A program made the position numbers and the translations under genes. Shown piece after piece: positions 49,202 to 59,572 of a stretch of DNA of 64,000 nt. The stretch spans positions 199-64,198 of the forward strand of contig DBFVEH010000013.1 of assembly GCA_048526005.1 (NCBI GenBank). Reading direction: 5' to 3'. Under the pieces are notes generated by a model. That model was given only the letters and a program-made list of their open reading frames with translations, had not been told where the DNA came from and did not search any database. Position 1 is the first letter of the stretch, and the number at the start of each line of letters is the position of its first letter. The DNA comes from Eubacteriales bacterium (GTDB lineage: Bacteria > Bacillota > Clostridia > Oscillospirales > CAG-272).

Positions 49202-49837
49202 ATGAATATAAAACAAAAAAACAATTCCGAAGCTTGCATGGACCGGCGGGCTCCCAAACCGATTTATAGCGGTATCAAAAGAATATTCGATGTTGTTTTT
49301 TCTTTCATACTCCTTGTTTTTCTGTTTTTGCCGCTCATCCTCATCGCGCTTGCCGTGAAATTGGATTCGGCAGGCCCCGTTTTCTATAAGCAGGAACGGC
49401 TCGGCCTTTTTGGGGAACCCTTTGTGATGCTGAAATTCCGCACGATGATTCCCGACGCGGAGCGGGACGGTCCCGTATGGGCAAAAAAGGAGGATCCGAG
49501 AAGAACGAGGGTAGGTGTGTTTCTCCGGCGCTTTCATTTGGACGAGCTTCCTCAGCTTTGGAATATTCTTGTGGGGGATATGAGCTTTGTCGGGCCCCGT
49601 CCCGAGCGACCGATGTTTTACAAAGAGTTCGGAAAAATCGTGAAAGGATTTGAAAAACGCCTGCTTGTAAAGCCTGGACTTACGGGACTTTCGCAGATCA
49701 ACGGGGGATATGATCTTACACCGGCAGAAAAATGGCTCTATGACATGAAATACATACATGACCGTTCCATTCTTTTGGATTTGAAATGTCTCATATGGAC
49801 GGTGCCCGTAATCTTGACGGCGAGAGGCTCCCGATGA
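49202..49837 (+). CDS. Sugar-phosphate transferase (bacterial sugar transferase family, initiating polyprenyl-phosphate glycosyl-1-phosphate transferase)
   Basis: KRIFDVVFSFILL TM helix, GPVFYKQERLG, MLKFRTM, DELPQLWNILVGDMSFVGPRP. Start is uncertain (49181, 49199 or 49202). Confidence 0.85.
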   Translation: MNIKQKNNSEACMDRRAPKPIYSGIKRIFDVVFSFILLVFLFLPLILIALAVKLDSAGPVFYKQERLGLFGEPFVMLKFRTMIPDAERDGPVWAKKEDPRRTRVGVFLRRFHLDELPQLWNILVGDMSFVGPRPERPMFYKEFGKIVKGFEKRLLVKPGLTGLSQINGGYDLTPAEKWLYDMKYIHDRSILLDLKCLIWTVPVILTARGSR

Positions 49838-52056
49838 CGCCGCGTTTTCTTTTTGACGACCGCCGTCCCTCCGCCGTCACGGAGACCTATATGCGGATCG
49901 TCCGGGAGGCCGTATGCGAGGCGGGATTTTTTGCGCAAGACCGGAAGCTTTGCAAAAGGCCGTCCCGGAAGGATTATATCGTGACAAACGAAGCGCTTGT
50001 TACCGTTCGGTATCTTTTGTCGGGTTATCGCAGGCATATCGTGTGGATGCAGGGGATCGTGCCGGAGGAATCCTATCTGCGCCGCCATTCGCGGCTTCGC
50101 CGCGCCGTGCTCTCCTTTGCGGAAAAATTTGTTTTAAAGCACGCAGACCTGTTGCTGCTCGTTTCCTCCGAAATGCTTGCTCATTATGAAGCGAAATACG
50201 GACTTCCCCTCGCCGGCAAAAGCGTTATCATGCCGTGCTTTTCCGAGACGGAGCCTTATGCCGGCGCTTTCGCCGCCAAGGAGGAGGGAACTTTCGCCTA
50301 TGTGGGTTCTCTTTCCGCATGGCAGTGCTTCGCGCAGACGGCGGCGCTTTATGCCGAGATCGAAAGGCGCGCACCGTGCCGGACAAAATTGTTTGTATTC
50401 ACGGAGGACACAGCGCGGGCGGAACGGCTTCTCGCGCAGAGCGGCGCGAAAAATTATGAGATTTCCCATCGTGAGGGCGCCGCGCTTTTGGATGCGCTTT
50501 CATCGGTCAGATACGGCTTTGTCCTGCGCCGAGAGGATCCTGTCAACCGCGTTGCGACCCCGACCAAGCTTTCCGTATACGCCGCGTGTGGACTCACGCC
50601 CATTTATTCTCCCGTGCTTGCGGATTTTGCCCGTCGGGCTGTGCCGCTTGATTACGGCATACAGGTGAAGCTTCCGTTTGATCTGCATGATGTTTCCGCC
50701 GTCCTGCGGGATATGGAAAAGGACTGGGATCCCCGCCGTATGCGCGACATGAGCGCCCGAATTTTTGCAGATTATTACCATGCCGGTGGTTATAGGCAAA
50801 CGCTCGGGCAGCGGTTTTTGCGGCTTGCCGGAAATCCTCCCGCCAAACGCAGAATTTTGTTTATCGTCGGGAACACGCGCACAGGCGGGATTCCGAATGC
50901 GCTGTATGCGCTGCTGCATGAAATCCACGGATTCTATGATATTTCCCTTTTGGCTGCGGACGGCGGCGCGGACAGGGAAAGGCTTCCGGCGGATATTTCC
51001 GTTTTGGAGCCGGACGATATCCTGCGCGCCACCGAAACGCCGCTTGCCGGGCTCGGAGAGCTTTCCTTTCCCGCCGGAATCTTCCGGATATTCGGAGCCG
51101 CCTTTGCCAAGCTTTTTGGGAAAACGGTTCCGTTCCGGCTCGCCGCTCTTTGCCGGAGGGGAAAGCTTGGGGAATACGATGTCGCCGTTTCCTATACGCA
51201 TCCGACGGCAGACCGCAGCTTCTGCGGGATCGCCTGCGAGCTCGCGCTTTTCGGCTGTCGGGCGTCCCGCCGGCTCGCGTTCATTCATTGCGATTTTGCG
51301 GAATACGGCGGAAACACGGCGGCAAACAGACGGCTTTTGCGGCGTTTTGACAGGATCTGCGCCGTATCGGAGGGCGTAGCGGCGCGTTTTCTGTCCGTGC
51401 TGCCGCGGGAGGCGGAAGCGCTTTCGGTCGTGCGCAATGTGATGGATGCGAAAAGAATTTTCGCGCTTGCGGCGGAACCGGTCACGGAATTTCCGAGCGG
51501 CCGTCGTCCGGTGATTCTGAGCGTCTGCCGGCTTTCGCCGGAAAAGGGACTGCTGCGCTGCATTCCGATCATGCGGCGGCTGCGGGACGAGGGCTTTGCT
51601 TTTACATGGCACATCGTAGGCGACGGACCGTGCCGGCATGCGCTTGAGAACGCCGTCATAGAGCAGGGACTTGCGGGAACCGTCGTTTTGCACGGTGAGA
51701 AGAAAAATCCTTACGCGTACATGGCGCGCTCGGATTTTCTGCTTCTCCCGTCCTATCATGAGGCGGCGCCGCTTGTGCTGGAGGAGGCGTGTTATTTGGG
51801 ACTTCCGATTCTTGCGACCGACACCTCGTCGGCGGGGGAGCTTACGGGCGGCCATGCGGTGCTCTGCGGCACGGACGACGCCGCGCTCGCCGGTGCGCTG
51901 CGGCGATTTCTGTCGGAGAAAACCTATGAAGAGCTGCGCGGCGCGGCGGCGGACAGGGCCTCGCTCCTTCGTCTGAACGAGGAGTGGACGGCGGCCTCCA
52001 TGCGCGCGTTTCGGGAGGCCTGCGGGAAGGGGCACGCGGATGGCACACGTTTTTGA
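49834..52056 (+). CDS. Two-domain glycosyltransferase (N-terminal GT-B-like region fused to a GT4-type domain)
   Basis: ATGA overlap with the upstream gene. The C-terminal half has the GT4 signature region SYHEAAPLVLEEACYLGLPILATDTSSAGEL. The N-terminal ~330 aa has a similar Rossmann-like layout. Confidence 0.65.
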   Translation: MTPRFLFDDRRPSAVTETYMRIVREAVCEAGFFAQDRKLCKRPSRKDYIVTNEALVTVRYLLSGYRRHIVWMQGIVPEESYLRRHSRLRRAVLSFAEKFVLKHADLLLLVSSEMLAHYEAKYGLPLAGKSVIMPCFSETEPYAGAFAAKEEGTFAYVGSLSAWQCFAQTAALYAEIERRAPCRTKLFVFTEDTARAERLLAQSGAKNYEISHREGAALLDALSSVRYGFVLRREDPVNRVATPTKLSVYAACGLTPIYSPVLADFARRAVPLDYGIQVKLPFDLHDVSAVLRDMEKDWDPRRMRDMSARIFADYYHAGGYRQTLGQRFLRLAGNPPAKRRILFIVGNTRTGGIPNALYALLHEIHGFYDISLLAADGGADRERLPADISVLEPDDILRATETPLAGLGELSFPAGIFRIFGAAFAKLFGKTVPFRLAALCRRGKLGEYDVAVSYTHPTADRSFCGIACELALFGCRASRRLAFIHCDFAEYGGNTAANRRLLRRFDRICAVSEGVAARFLSVLPREAEALSVVRNVMDAKRIFALAAEPVTEFPSGRRPVILSVCRLSPEKGLLRCIPIMRRLRDEGFAFTWHIVGDGPCRHALENAVIEQGLAGTVVLHGEKKNPYAYMARSDFLLLPSYHEAAPLVLEEACYLGLPILATDTSSAGELTGGHAVLCGTDDAALAGALRRFLSEKTYEELRGAAADRASLLRLNEEWTAASMRAFREACGKGHADGTRF

Positions 52057-53338
52057 CCGGCCTGTCTGCCGCGACAAACTTGTCTTTTTCTGTACAGGAA
52101 TCGGACTGCTCCTTCTTTGCCGGGATGTTCTGTCTGTTCCGGTGAGCCGCATATTCTTTCTGCTTGTCGTATTTGCGGCGCTTGTCTGCTTGGATGCGGA
52201 GGAAACCCGTCTTTTTGTGTTTTTTCTGATGCCGCTTTACGCGGGACTGCCTGGCAACTATATCACGGTGCTGCTGATTGGTAAGCTCCTTTTTCTCGCG
52301 CTGTCGAACCCGGATCGCTTCCGCATTTCCGTTTCCTGCGCGGTGTGCTCAGTGTTTTTTGCCGCGTATGTGTTTATCCAAAATCTCTCGCTCGGTTATG
52401 TGAGCACGTATCATTTCGCTTTCTGTGCGGAAATTCTGCTGTTGATGCTGCTTGTCTCGGACGGCTCTCCCATCCCGCTGCGGCACATGACGGAGCTTTA
52501 TTCGGCGTCGGTGCTGATTTCGGGTATATGCGCGCTGTTTGTCTGCGCGGGAGAAAATTCTTTCTCCGACATTCTGACCGGCGCCGTCCGATTCGGCGAC
52601 GTTTACGGTACGGGCGGCATGCGGATGACGCTCGACCCGAATTTTCTCGGCTTTTCCTGTCTTTCCGGCATCGCAGCGCACGCGGAGCTTCTGCGCCGGC
52701 TTTTTGCATCCGGGAAGGAAAAAGAAAATCGCCGCGGCGTTTTTGTCTCGTTGTTTTTTATCGTTTCGCTCGGCTTTTTCGGATTGATCGGGCTGTCCCG
52801 CACCTTTTTCGTCTGCGCCGCGGTCTTGCTGCTTTTCGAGCTGACCGCCTGCGCGCGCACGCCTCGGATGCTTGTGAGATGCTTGCTTTTCCTCTCCCTT
52901 TCTGCCGTTTTCGCGTTCGCCGCCGTATCTGTTTTTTTGCCGGAGCTTGTGAAAACCGCCGTTTCCCGTTTTCAGTCGGCGGACCTTGCCGGCGCGAACG
53001 GCCGCGTGACCTTGATAAAGGAATGGGGAAGCGCATGGATGTCGTCCGCAGGAGCCTTGATGTTCGGCGTGGGGCTTTTTCACACGAACGTTCATTTTAC
53101 CGCGCTCCAATATGTTTTCGGACTTGGAATCGTCGGGTGCATCCTGGTTTTTGCCCTGTTCAGCCTTTTCGTTCGCGGAATCGGCTTCAGTCTAAGAAAA
53201 AGCGGGAAGATTCCCATATCGACTGCCGTCCTTATGTCGTGCGCGGTTCCCGCGGCCTGCTCGCTTTCCGCCCTGTTTCCTCTTGTTTTTGCTTTATATG
53301 CTTCGGCGGGGCTTGCCTGTTCTCCCGATGACGGATAG
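52040..53338 (+). CDS. O-antigen ligase/polymerase-like polytopic membrane protein (Wzy-type)
   Basis: About 10-12 hydrophobic segments and ~430 aa, inside a polysaccharide cluster. No diagnostic motif recognised. Confidence 0.5.
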   Translation: MAHVFDRPVCRDKLVFFCTGIGLLLLCRDVLSVPVSRIFFLLVVFAALVCLDAEETRLFVFFLMPLYAGLPGNYITVLLIGKLLFLALSNPDRFRISVSCAVCSVFFAAYVFIQNLSLGYVSTYHFAFCAEILLLMLLVSDGSPIPLRHMTELYSASVLISGICALFVCAGENSFSDILTGAVRFGDVYGTGGMRMTLDPNFLGFSCLSGIAAHAELLRRLFASGKEKENRRGVFVSLFFIVSLGFFGLIGLSRTFFVCAAVLLLFELTACARTPRMLVRCLLFLSLSAVFAFAAVSVFLPELVKTAVSRFQSADLAGANGRVTLIKEWGSAWMSSAGALMFGVGLFHTNVHFTALQYVFGLGIVGCILVFALFSLFVRGIGFSLRKSGKIPISTAVLMSCAVPAACSLSALFPLVFALYASAGLACSPDDG

Positions 53339-53509
53339 GAGCGGCGGCCGATTGCATATTTAAAATCGGACGGCACGCATAGGTACGGGCGACTTTTGTT
53401 TGACCGTATAATCGGGCGCCTATTTTTTGGAAGGAACAGCGCCTCCCTCGTCATATTTTTCCCGCGGCTGCGGCGCTGTTGTTATATATAAAATTCCCCG
53501 GAGGTTATT

Positions 53510-54064
53510 TTGCAAATGAAAAATCGTTTTTCCCGTGCCGTCGGCAGGTTCCTATATGCCGCGGCGTCGCATCTGCCGAGCTCCTATTCGAGATGCAGAG
53601 TTGGACAAAGGCGTCTGCGCGCGCTGTGCGCGAGGCTGATTCTGACGTCCTGCGGACATGAGGTGAATATCGAGAGGGGCGCTCGGTTCGCATCCGATGT
53701 GAAGCTCGGAGACTGCTCGTCGATCGGGATTCGCGCCTATATCGAGGAAGGAACCGAAATCGGAAATTTTGTCATGATGGGACCGGACTGCGCCGTCTTC
53801 ACCCGCAATCACCGATACGACAGAACGGATGTGCCGATCTGCGTGCAGGGCGGAGGGGATAGAGAGCCTGTCCGGATCGGCGACGACGTTTGGATCGGCG
53901 CCCGCGTCACCATCCTGCCCGGCGCCGATATCGGAAATGGGGCTGTGATCGGAGCGGGAAGCGTTGTCCGCGGAAAAATCCCTCCTATGGTGGTGGCGGC
54001 GGGAAATCCCGCGCGGGTCGTCGGCATGAGAGGAAATGCCGAAGGAGAAAGCTCCCTTGAATAA
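53510..54064 (+). CDS. Hexapeptide-repeat O-acetyltransferase
   Basis: Left-handed beta-helix repeats [31 protein letters not shown]. Start is TTG 53510 or ATG 53516. Confidence 0.8.
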   Translation: MQMKNRFSRAVGRFLYAAASHLPSSYSRCRVGQRRLRALCARLILTSCGHEVNIERGARFASDVKLGDCSSIGIRAYIEEGTEIGNFVMMGPDCAVFTRNHRYDRTDVPICVQGGGDREPVRIGDDVWIGARVTILPGADIGNGAVIGAGSVVRGKIPPMVVAAGNPARVVGMRGNAEGESSLE

Positions 54065-55232
54065 GCGCCGCCGTGCGGCAATGGCCGTCCGTTTTTTGCT
54101 TTATGCCGCAGTGAAAGCGGCATGCGGTGCGGTTCTCTTTCGGAAGCGTTTCACGGATATATGGCTTTTTTCGGAACGGGGATATGACGCCTGCGACAAC
54201 GCATGGGCGCTTTTTCGCTATCTGCGGGAGCGGTATCCGGAGAAGAAGGCGTATTATATTCTTGACAGGAACGCCGTATGCCGGGAAAAGGTCGAGGTGG
54301 CAGGCAGGATTCTGAAAAAAGGCTCTCTGCGCCATGCGTTTTATTATTTTCTGCCGACGGCAAAGATCAGCACTCATATTTTTGGTGCGTCTCCGGATAC
54401 GGCGCTGTTTGCTTCACACGCAGGGAAGCGGTTTCTGCGGGCGCCGGGGATTTCCGTTTTCCTCCAGCACGGCGTGACCAAAGACGACATCCCCGCGCTG
54501 TATGCGGAAAATACGTCGGTCGATCTCTTTGTCTGCGGCGCCGCGCCGGAATATGAATTTGTAAAAAATCGGTTCGGTTATCCGGAAGGCGCGGTGTGGT
54601 ATCTCGGTTTTGCGCGGTACGATGCGCTCCATGCAGCCGTTCCGGGACGCGCGATTCTGTTCATGCCGACGTGGCGGGAGACGCTGTCCTCCCTTTCACC
54701 GGCGGATTTCGCAAAAACCGGATATTTTCTGGCGCTCCGGCGAATCCTGTCGAACAAGGAGCTTTCGGCTTTGCTGGAACGGGAAAACGTGCGGCTCGTG
54801 TTCGCACCGCATCCCGAGATGCGGAAATTTTCGCACCTTTTTCATGCTTCGGGAGATAGGCTTTCCGTCTGTATGGAGGATATCGGCGCCGCTGTCCGTG
54901 CATGTGCGGCGCTTATCACGGATTTTTCGAGCGTCATGTTCGATTTTGCTTATAGGGAACGTCCGGTCGTCTATCTCGCTATGGGAGGGCTTTCGCTGCC
55001 GAATTATCCCGCCGGATATTTTGACAGGGAACGAGACGGCTTCGGTCCTCTCGCGCGGGACGAGATAGAGCTGCTGCAAATCCTTGAGGCTATGATCCGT
55101 TCCGATTTTCGGATGGGAGCGGAATATAAGGCGCGCGCCGCGGGATTTTTCCCGCTCCGCGACGGGCATAACTGCGCGCGGAATGCGGAAGCGATCGCCG
55201 ACTGTATTGCAAAAACGAAGCGGCTGTGGTAA
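54036..55232 (+). CDS. CDP-glycerol glycerophosphotransferase family protein (TagB/TagF-like)
   Basis: FMPTWRE motif and ~400 aa are typical of the TagB/F family. Start is uncertain. Confidence 0.7.
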   Translation: MPKEKAPLNKRRRAAMAVRFLLYAAVKAACGAVLFRKRFTDIWLFSERGYDACDNAWALFRYLRERYPEKKAYYILDRNAVCREKVEVAGRILKKGSLRHAFYYFLPTAKISTHIFGASPDTALFASHAGKRFLRAPGISVFLQHGVTKDDIPALYAENTSVDLFVCGAAPEYEFVKNRFGYPEGAVWYLGFARYDALHAAVPGRAILFMPTWRETLSSLSPADFAKTGYFLALRRILSNKELSALLERENVRLVFAPHPEMRKFSHLFHASGDRLSVCMEDIGAAVRACAALITDFSSVMFDFAYRERPVVYLAMGGLSLPNYPAGYFDRERDGFGPLARDEIELLQILEAMIRSDFRMGAEYKARAAGFFPLRDGHNCARNAEAIADCIAKTKRLW

Positions 55233-55306
55233 AATCATAGGAGAACGGATAAAATTTCCTTCTTTTGCGTATACTTTTTGGGAATGTTTTGCGGGAAAGG
55301 CGGCGG

Positions 55307-56413
55307 ATGGCTTTGAAAAAGATAATGCTGGTCTTTGGAACAAGACCGGAGGCGATCAAAATGTGCCCTCTTGTTTTGGAGCTGAAAAAGAGAAAAACTG
55401 TCGAAACGCTCGTCTGCGTGACGGGACAGCACCGCGAGATGCTGGATTCCGTTTTGCATATCTTCGGCGTCGTGCCGGACTACGATCTCGCAGTCATGAA
55501 AGAGGGACAAACGCTGTTCGACGTCACCTGCTTCGTGCTTTTGGGTATGAAAAAAATCTTGGAGGAGGCCTCTCCCGATGCCGTGCTGGTTCACGGCGAC
55601 ACGACGACGGCGTTTGCCGCCTCGCTCGCTTGCTATTATCTGAAAATTCCGGTCGGGCATGTGGAGGCGGGACTGCGCACGGGCGATCTTTACGCGCCGT
55701 TTCCGGAGGAGTTCAACCGCATGGCCGTCGCCTCGCTTGCCGCCTATCATTTTGCGCCGACTCTGTCCGCACGGGAAAATCTTCTGCGGGAGGGAAAGCC
55801 GGAGAAGAGCATTTATGTTACGGGCAATACCGTGATCGACGCCTTGAAAACGACGGTAAGGACGGATTATACGCATCCCATGCTGGAGCGTGCGGCGGGA
55901 CGCCGCATGATTCTCATGACGGCGCACCGCAGAGAAAGCCTCGGGGAACCGATGCGGCGGATGTTTTCCGCCGTGCGGGCGCTTTGCGATGCGCATCCCG
56001 ATATTTTTCTCATTTATCCCGTGCATCCCAACCCTGCGGTTGGGGAAGCGGCGCATGCGGCTTTTGACGGCTGTGCGAACGCGGTTTTGATTCCGCCGCT
56101 CGATGTTGTGGATTTTCACAATTTTATGGCGCGCGCGTATTTTATCCTCACGGACAGCGGCGGCGCCCAGGAGGAAGCGCCCTCCCTCGGCGTTCCGGTG
56201 CTTGTGATGCGCGACACGACGGAGCGCCCGGAGGGGCTTGCCGCGGGAACGGCAAGACTTGTCGGAACGGACGGTGCCGCCATTCTGTCGGCGTGTGAGA
56301 CGCTTCTTTGTGATTCTGCGGAATATGAGAGGATGGCACATGCGGAAAATCCATACGGCGACGGACACGCTTCGGAGCGGATCGCGGATATCCTTGCCGC
56401 GGACGGACGGTGA
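55307..56413 (+). CDS. wecB: UDP-N-acetylglucosamine 2-epimerase (non-hydrolysing)
   Basis: KIMLVFGTRPEAIKM, VHGDTTT, HVEAGLRT, DSGG.QEEAPSLG. Confidence 0.9.
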   Translation: MALKKIMLVFGTRPEAIKMCPLVLELKKRKTVETLVCVTGQHREMLDSVLHIFGVVPDYDLAVMKEGQTLFDVTCFVLLGMKKILEEASPDAVLVHGDTTTAFAASLACYYLKIPVGHVEAGLRTGDLYAPFPEEFNRMAVASLAAYHFAPTLSARENLLREGKPEKSIYVTGNTVIDALKTTVRTDYTHPMLERAAGRRMILMTAHRRESLGEPMRRMFSAVRALCDAHPDIFLIYPVHPNPAVGEAAHAAFDGCANAVLIPPLDVVDFHNFMARAYFILTDSGGAQEEAPSLGVPVLVMRDTTERPEGLAAGTARLVGTDGAAILSACETLLCDSAEYERMAHAENPYGDGHASERIADILAADGR

Positions 56414-56492
56414 TTTTTGCTTCCCGCCCGCGGACTTGTATAATTTGACAGGATAACCGGAAATAAATCCGGAAATATCGTCAATCTCACTC

Positions 56493-56521
56493 TTGACAAA
56501 AAACGAAGAAAACGATATAAT
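56493..56521 (+). promoter_or_regulatory. Sigma-A promoter of the pur operon
   Basis: TTGACA (56493-56498), 17-nt spacer, TATAAT (56516-56521). Confidence 0.55.
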
Positions 56522-56539
56522 AAGGTCGTAAATCAGAGG

Positions 56540-56655
56540 ATTTCCCGCAACCGACGGAGATGTGGAGCACCACAGGGGAACGGGGGATGATACCGAAGCC
56601 GACCGTCTGGGCAATCCTATCGAGAAGGATAGGACTGCCCTTTTTATGTTTTTGG
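56540..56655 (+). promoter_or_regulatory. ZTP (pfl-motif) riboswitch with terminator expression platform
   Basis: CCGACGGAG..TGTGG-AGCA-CCACAGGGGAACGGGGG parallels the pfl consensus CUGGCG..GGUGG-loop-CCACCGGGGAGCG. Downstream CCGTCTGGGCA parallels CCGCCUGGGCA, and GACGG/CCGTC can form the pseudoknot. A long hairpin at 56608-56640 is followed by TTTTTATGTTTTT. Located between the promoter and purE. Confidence 0.6.
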
Positions 56656-56681
56656 CTCGGAAAGAAAAGGAACGGAGTTTG

Positions 56682-57179
56682 ATGATGAAAAAAGTTGCAG
56701 TAATCATGGGCAGCGACAGCGACCTTCCGGTCGCGGAAAAAGCGATAAGCACGCTTGCGTCTTACGGCGTGCCGGCTGAGGTCCATGTTTTTTCGGCGCA
56801 CCGCACACCGGAGGAGGCGCGTGCGTTTTCCGTATCCGCGAGAGAGAACGGCTTTGGCGCCATCATTGCGTTCGCCGGGATGGCGGCGCATCTTGCCGGG
56901 GCGATCGCCGCGAATACGACGCTCCCCGTGGTCGGGGTCCCTGTAAAATCCGCAAATTTAGGCGGCATTGACGCTCTTTTATCGACGGTGCAGATGCCGT
57001 CCGGGATTCCGGTGGCGACGGTCGCGATAGACGGGGCTGCCAATGCCGCGGTTCTTTGCATCGAGATGCTCGCCATTGCGGACGATGCTCTCGCGGAGAA
57101 GCTCATGGCGGCAAGGACAGAGGGCACGGAAAAGGTGCTTGCCAAAAACAAGGCGATCGAGGAAAAATTCAATCGCTGA
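56682..57179 (+). CDS. purE: 5-(carboxyamino)imidazole ribonucleotide mutase
   Basis: VAVIMGSDSDLPV and GMAAHLAG motifs; 165 aa. Confidence 0.95.
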   Translation: MMKKVAVIMGSDSDLPVAEKAISTLASYGVPAEVHVFSAHRTPEEARAFSVSARENGFGAIIAFAGMAAHLAGAIAANTTLPVVGVPVKSANLGGIDALLSTVQMPSGIPVATVAIDGAANAAVLCIEMLAIADDALAEKLMAARTEGTEKVLAKNKAIEEKFNR

Positions 57180-57269
57180 AATAAAATAGGGTATATCTTC
57201 TGCCGCGGACGGCGGAGAAAAGGTTTGAAAATAAAATCAGACAGGAAAATCGAAAGGAAGCTTATCGTT

Positions 57270-57980
57270 ATGGAAAAAAGAGAACAGATTTATGAAGGCA
57301 AAGCGAAAAAGGTATTCGCAACGGACGACCCCGCTCTCGTGATCGTTTCCTATAAGGACGACGCGACCGCGCTCGACGGACTCAAAAAGGGGACGATCAG
57401 CGGCAAGGGTGTCATCAATAACCGCATGTCCAATTATCTGATGCAGATTTTGGAAAAGCACGGTGTTCCGACGCATTTTGTAAAGGAGCTTTCCGAGCGG
57501 GAAACGGTGGTGAAAAAGGTTTCCATCGTGCCGCTTGAGGTGATTATCCGCAACATCTCCGCGGGTTCATTTGCCAAGCGTTACGGCGTAGAGGAGGGCA
57601 TCGTTTTTGACGAGCCGACCATCGAATTTTCCTATAAAAATGACGACCTGCACGATCCGCTGATCAACGAATATCACGCGCTCGCGCTGAAGCTCGCGAC
57701 GAAAGAGGAAATCGACACCATTAAAAATATGGCGTTCACGGTCAATCGCGTGTTGAAGGAATATTTCGCGGGGCTTGGCGTGAAGCTGGTCGATTTCAAG
57801 CTGGAGTTCGGCAGACTGCCTGACGGAACTATCGTTTTGGCGGACGAAATCTCGCCGGATACCTGCCGTTTTTGGGATGCCGAAACGAACGAGAAGCTGG
57901 ATAAGGACCGTTTCCGCCGCGATATGGGCGGCGTTGAGGACGCATACAATGAAATGATGCGCCGCGTCGGTCTGAATTGA
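57270..57980 (+). CDS. purC: SAICAR synthase
   Basis: [10 protein letters not shown]-type N-terminus ([13 protein letters not shown]), [19 protein letters not shown]. Confidence 0.95.
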   Translation: MEKREQIYEGKAKKVFATDDPALVIVSYKDDATALDGLKKGTISGKGVINNRMSNYLMQILEKHGVPTHFVKELSERETVVKKVSIVPLEVIIRNISAGSFAKRYGVEEGIVFDEPTIEFSYKNDDLHDPLINEYHALALKLATKEEIDTIKNMAFTVNRVLKEYFAGLGVKLVDFKLEFGRLPDGTIVLADEISPDTCRFWDAETNEKLDKDRFRRDMGGVEDAYNEMMRRVGLN

Positions 57981-58083
57981 AGTCTGAAAGACGGGCTTTT
58001 CAGACTGCGGCTTTGTTTTGCTTGCAATATGGGCACGGTCAAAGCCGAACAAAGCCCATGTTGTCGAAAGGGATGATCGATCA

Positions 58084-59529
58084 ATGAGTGAAATCAGGGA
58101 AGAATGCGGCGTGTTCGGCGTTTTCTGCGATGCGCCGTACGATGTCGCGCATATGACCTATTACGGCCTTTTTGCCCTCCAGCACAGAGGACAGGAGAGC
58201 TGCGGCATCGTGGTGAACGACGACGGCGTTTTTCATACCTATAAGGATATCGGCCTTGTCAACGACGTATTTACGCCGGAGAATCTGCACGAGCTTGGCA
58301 TGGGCAATATGGCAGTCGGTCACGTGCGCTACGGCACGACCGGCGCGAGCGACCGGAACAACGCGCAGCCCGTCGTCGTCAATCACATCAAAGGACGCAT
58401 GGCGCTCGCACACAACGGAAATCTCGTCAATTCCTATGAGCTTCGCTCCGAACTGGAGCTGCAGGGCTCGATTTTCCATACCACGAGCGATACGGAGGTC
58501 ATTTCCTATATCATCACAAAAGAACGTCTTTCCGCAGGCTCGATCGAGGAGGCCGTGGACCGCGCGATGTACCGTCTTGCCGGCGCGTATTCGATGATCG
58601 TGATGTCGCCCTCAAAGCTCATCGCCGTGCGGGACGAGCACGGCTTCCGTCCGCTTTGCTACGGCAGGACCGAGGACGGCCGGTACGTTGTCGCCTCGGA
58701 AAGCTGCGCGCTCGATTCGGTCGGCGCGGGGTTTATCCGAGATTTGGAACCGGGCGAGATTCTCGTTTTTGAAAAGGGCGGCGTGCGCAGCATCCGCACG
58801 CATTGCGGCCGTGAAAAAAAGTCGCTCTGTATCTTTGAGTATATCTATTTTGCCCGTCCCGACTCTGTGATCGACGGCTGCTCCGTTCATTCGGCGCGCG
58901 TGCGCGCCGGCGAATTTCTGGCGGCGCAGCATCCGGTGGACGCGGATATCGTCATCGGCGTGCCCGATTCCGGGCTTGACGCGGCGCTCGGCTATGCGAG
59001 GGCGTCCGGGATTCCGTATGGAATCGGCTTCATCAAGAACAAATATATCGGCCGCACCTTTATCGCGCCCGGTCAGCAGAGCCGCGAGGACAAGGTGCGC
59101 ATCAAGCTCAATCCGATCGCGGATACCGTGCGCGGCAAGCGCGTCGTCATGATCGACGATTCGATCGTGCGCGGCACGACGAGCGCCCGGATCGTAAAGC
59201 TTCTGCGTGAGGCGGGCGCGGCGGAGATCCATATGCGCGTTTCCGCGCCGCCGTTTCTCAACCCATGTTATTACGGGACGGATATCGATTCGTGCGAGAA
59301 TCTCATCGCATGTCATCATACGGTGGAGGAGATCGCGGAAATCATCGGCGTCGATTCCCTCGGCTTTTTGAGCGTGGAGAACGCGAAAAAGCTTGCGAGC
59401 GGAGCTTACAGCGAGGAATACTGCACGGCGTGCTTCGACGGCGGATATCCGACTGATACTCCTTCTCATACGGAGAAGAACCGCTTTGAAGGAAAAATAT
59501 CGGCGGGAAATAAATCACAGTCGGTCTGA
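58084..59529 (+). CDS. purF: Amidophosphoribosyltransferase (with short propeptide before the Cys nucleophile)
   Basis: MSEIREECGVFGVF (propeptide plus CGVFG), RYGTTG, PRPP loop VVMIDDSIVRGTT, C-terminal Cys ligands (PCYYG, CTACFDG). Confidence 0.95.
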   Translation: MSEIREECGVFGVFCDAPYDVAHMTYYGLFALQHRGQESCGIVVNDDGVFHTYKDIGLVNDVFTPENLHELGMGNMAVGHVRYGTTGASDRNNAQPVVVNHIKGRMALAHNGNLVNSYELRSELELQGSIFHTTSDTEVISYIITKERLSAGSIEEAVDRAMYRLAGAYSMIVMSPSKLIAVRDEHGFRPLCYGRTEDGRYVVASESCALDSVGAGFIRDLEPGEILVFEKGGVRSIRTHCGREKKSLCIFEYIYFARPDSVIDGCSVHSARVRAGEFLAAQHPVDADIVIGVPDSGLDAALGYARASGIPYGIGFIKNKYIGRTFIAPGQQSREDKVRIKLNPIADTVRGKRVVMIDDSIVRGTTSARIVKLLREAGAAEIHMRVSAPPFLNPCYYGTDIDSCENLIACHHTVEEIAEIIGVDSLGFLSVENAKKLASGAYSEEYCTACFDGGYPTDTPSHTEKNRFEGKISAGNKSQSV

Positions 59530-59572
59530 CAGACCGTGAAGCATGAAACTGAACGAAAGCAGGAAATCATAA

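Noticed and set aside
52345-53331. 328-aa alternative-frame ORF inside the Wzy-like gene
   Set aside because: It is Arg-rich nonsense in a +1 frame of a hydrophobic membrane-protein gene. The 52040 frame gives regular TM segments and a coupled start.
48951-56413. Horizontally acquired genomic island or mobile element carrying the polysaccharide cluster
   Set aside because: The only hint is an AT-rich upstream gap. There are no integrase, transposase, tRNA or direct-repeat boundaries, and codon usage looks like the neighbouring genes by eye.
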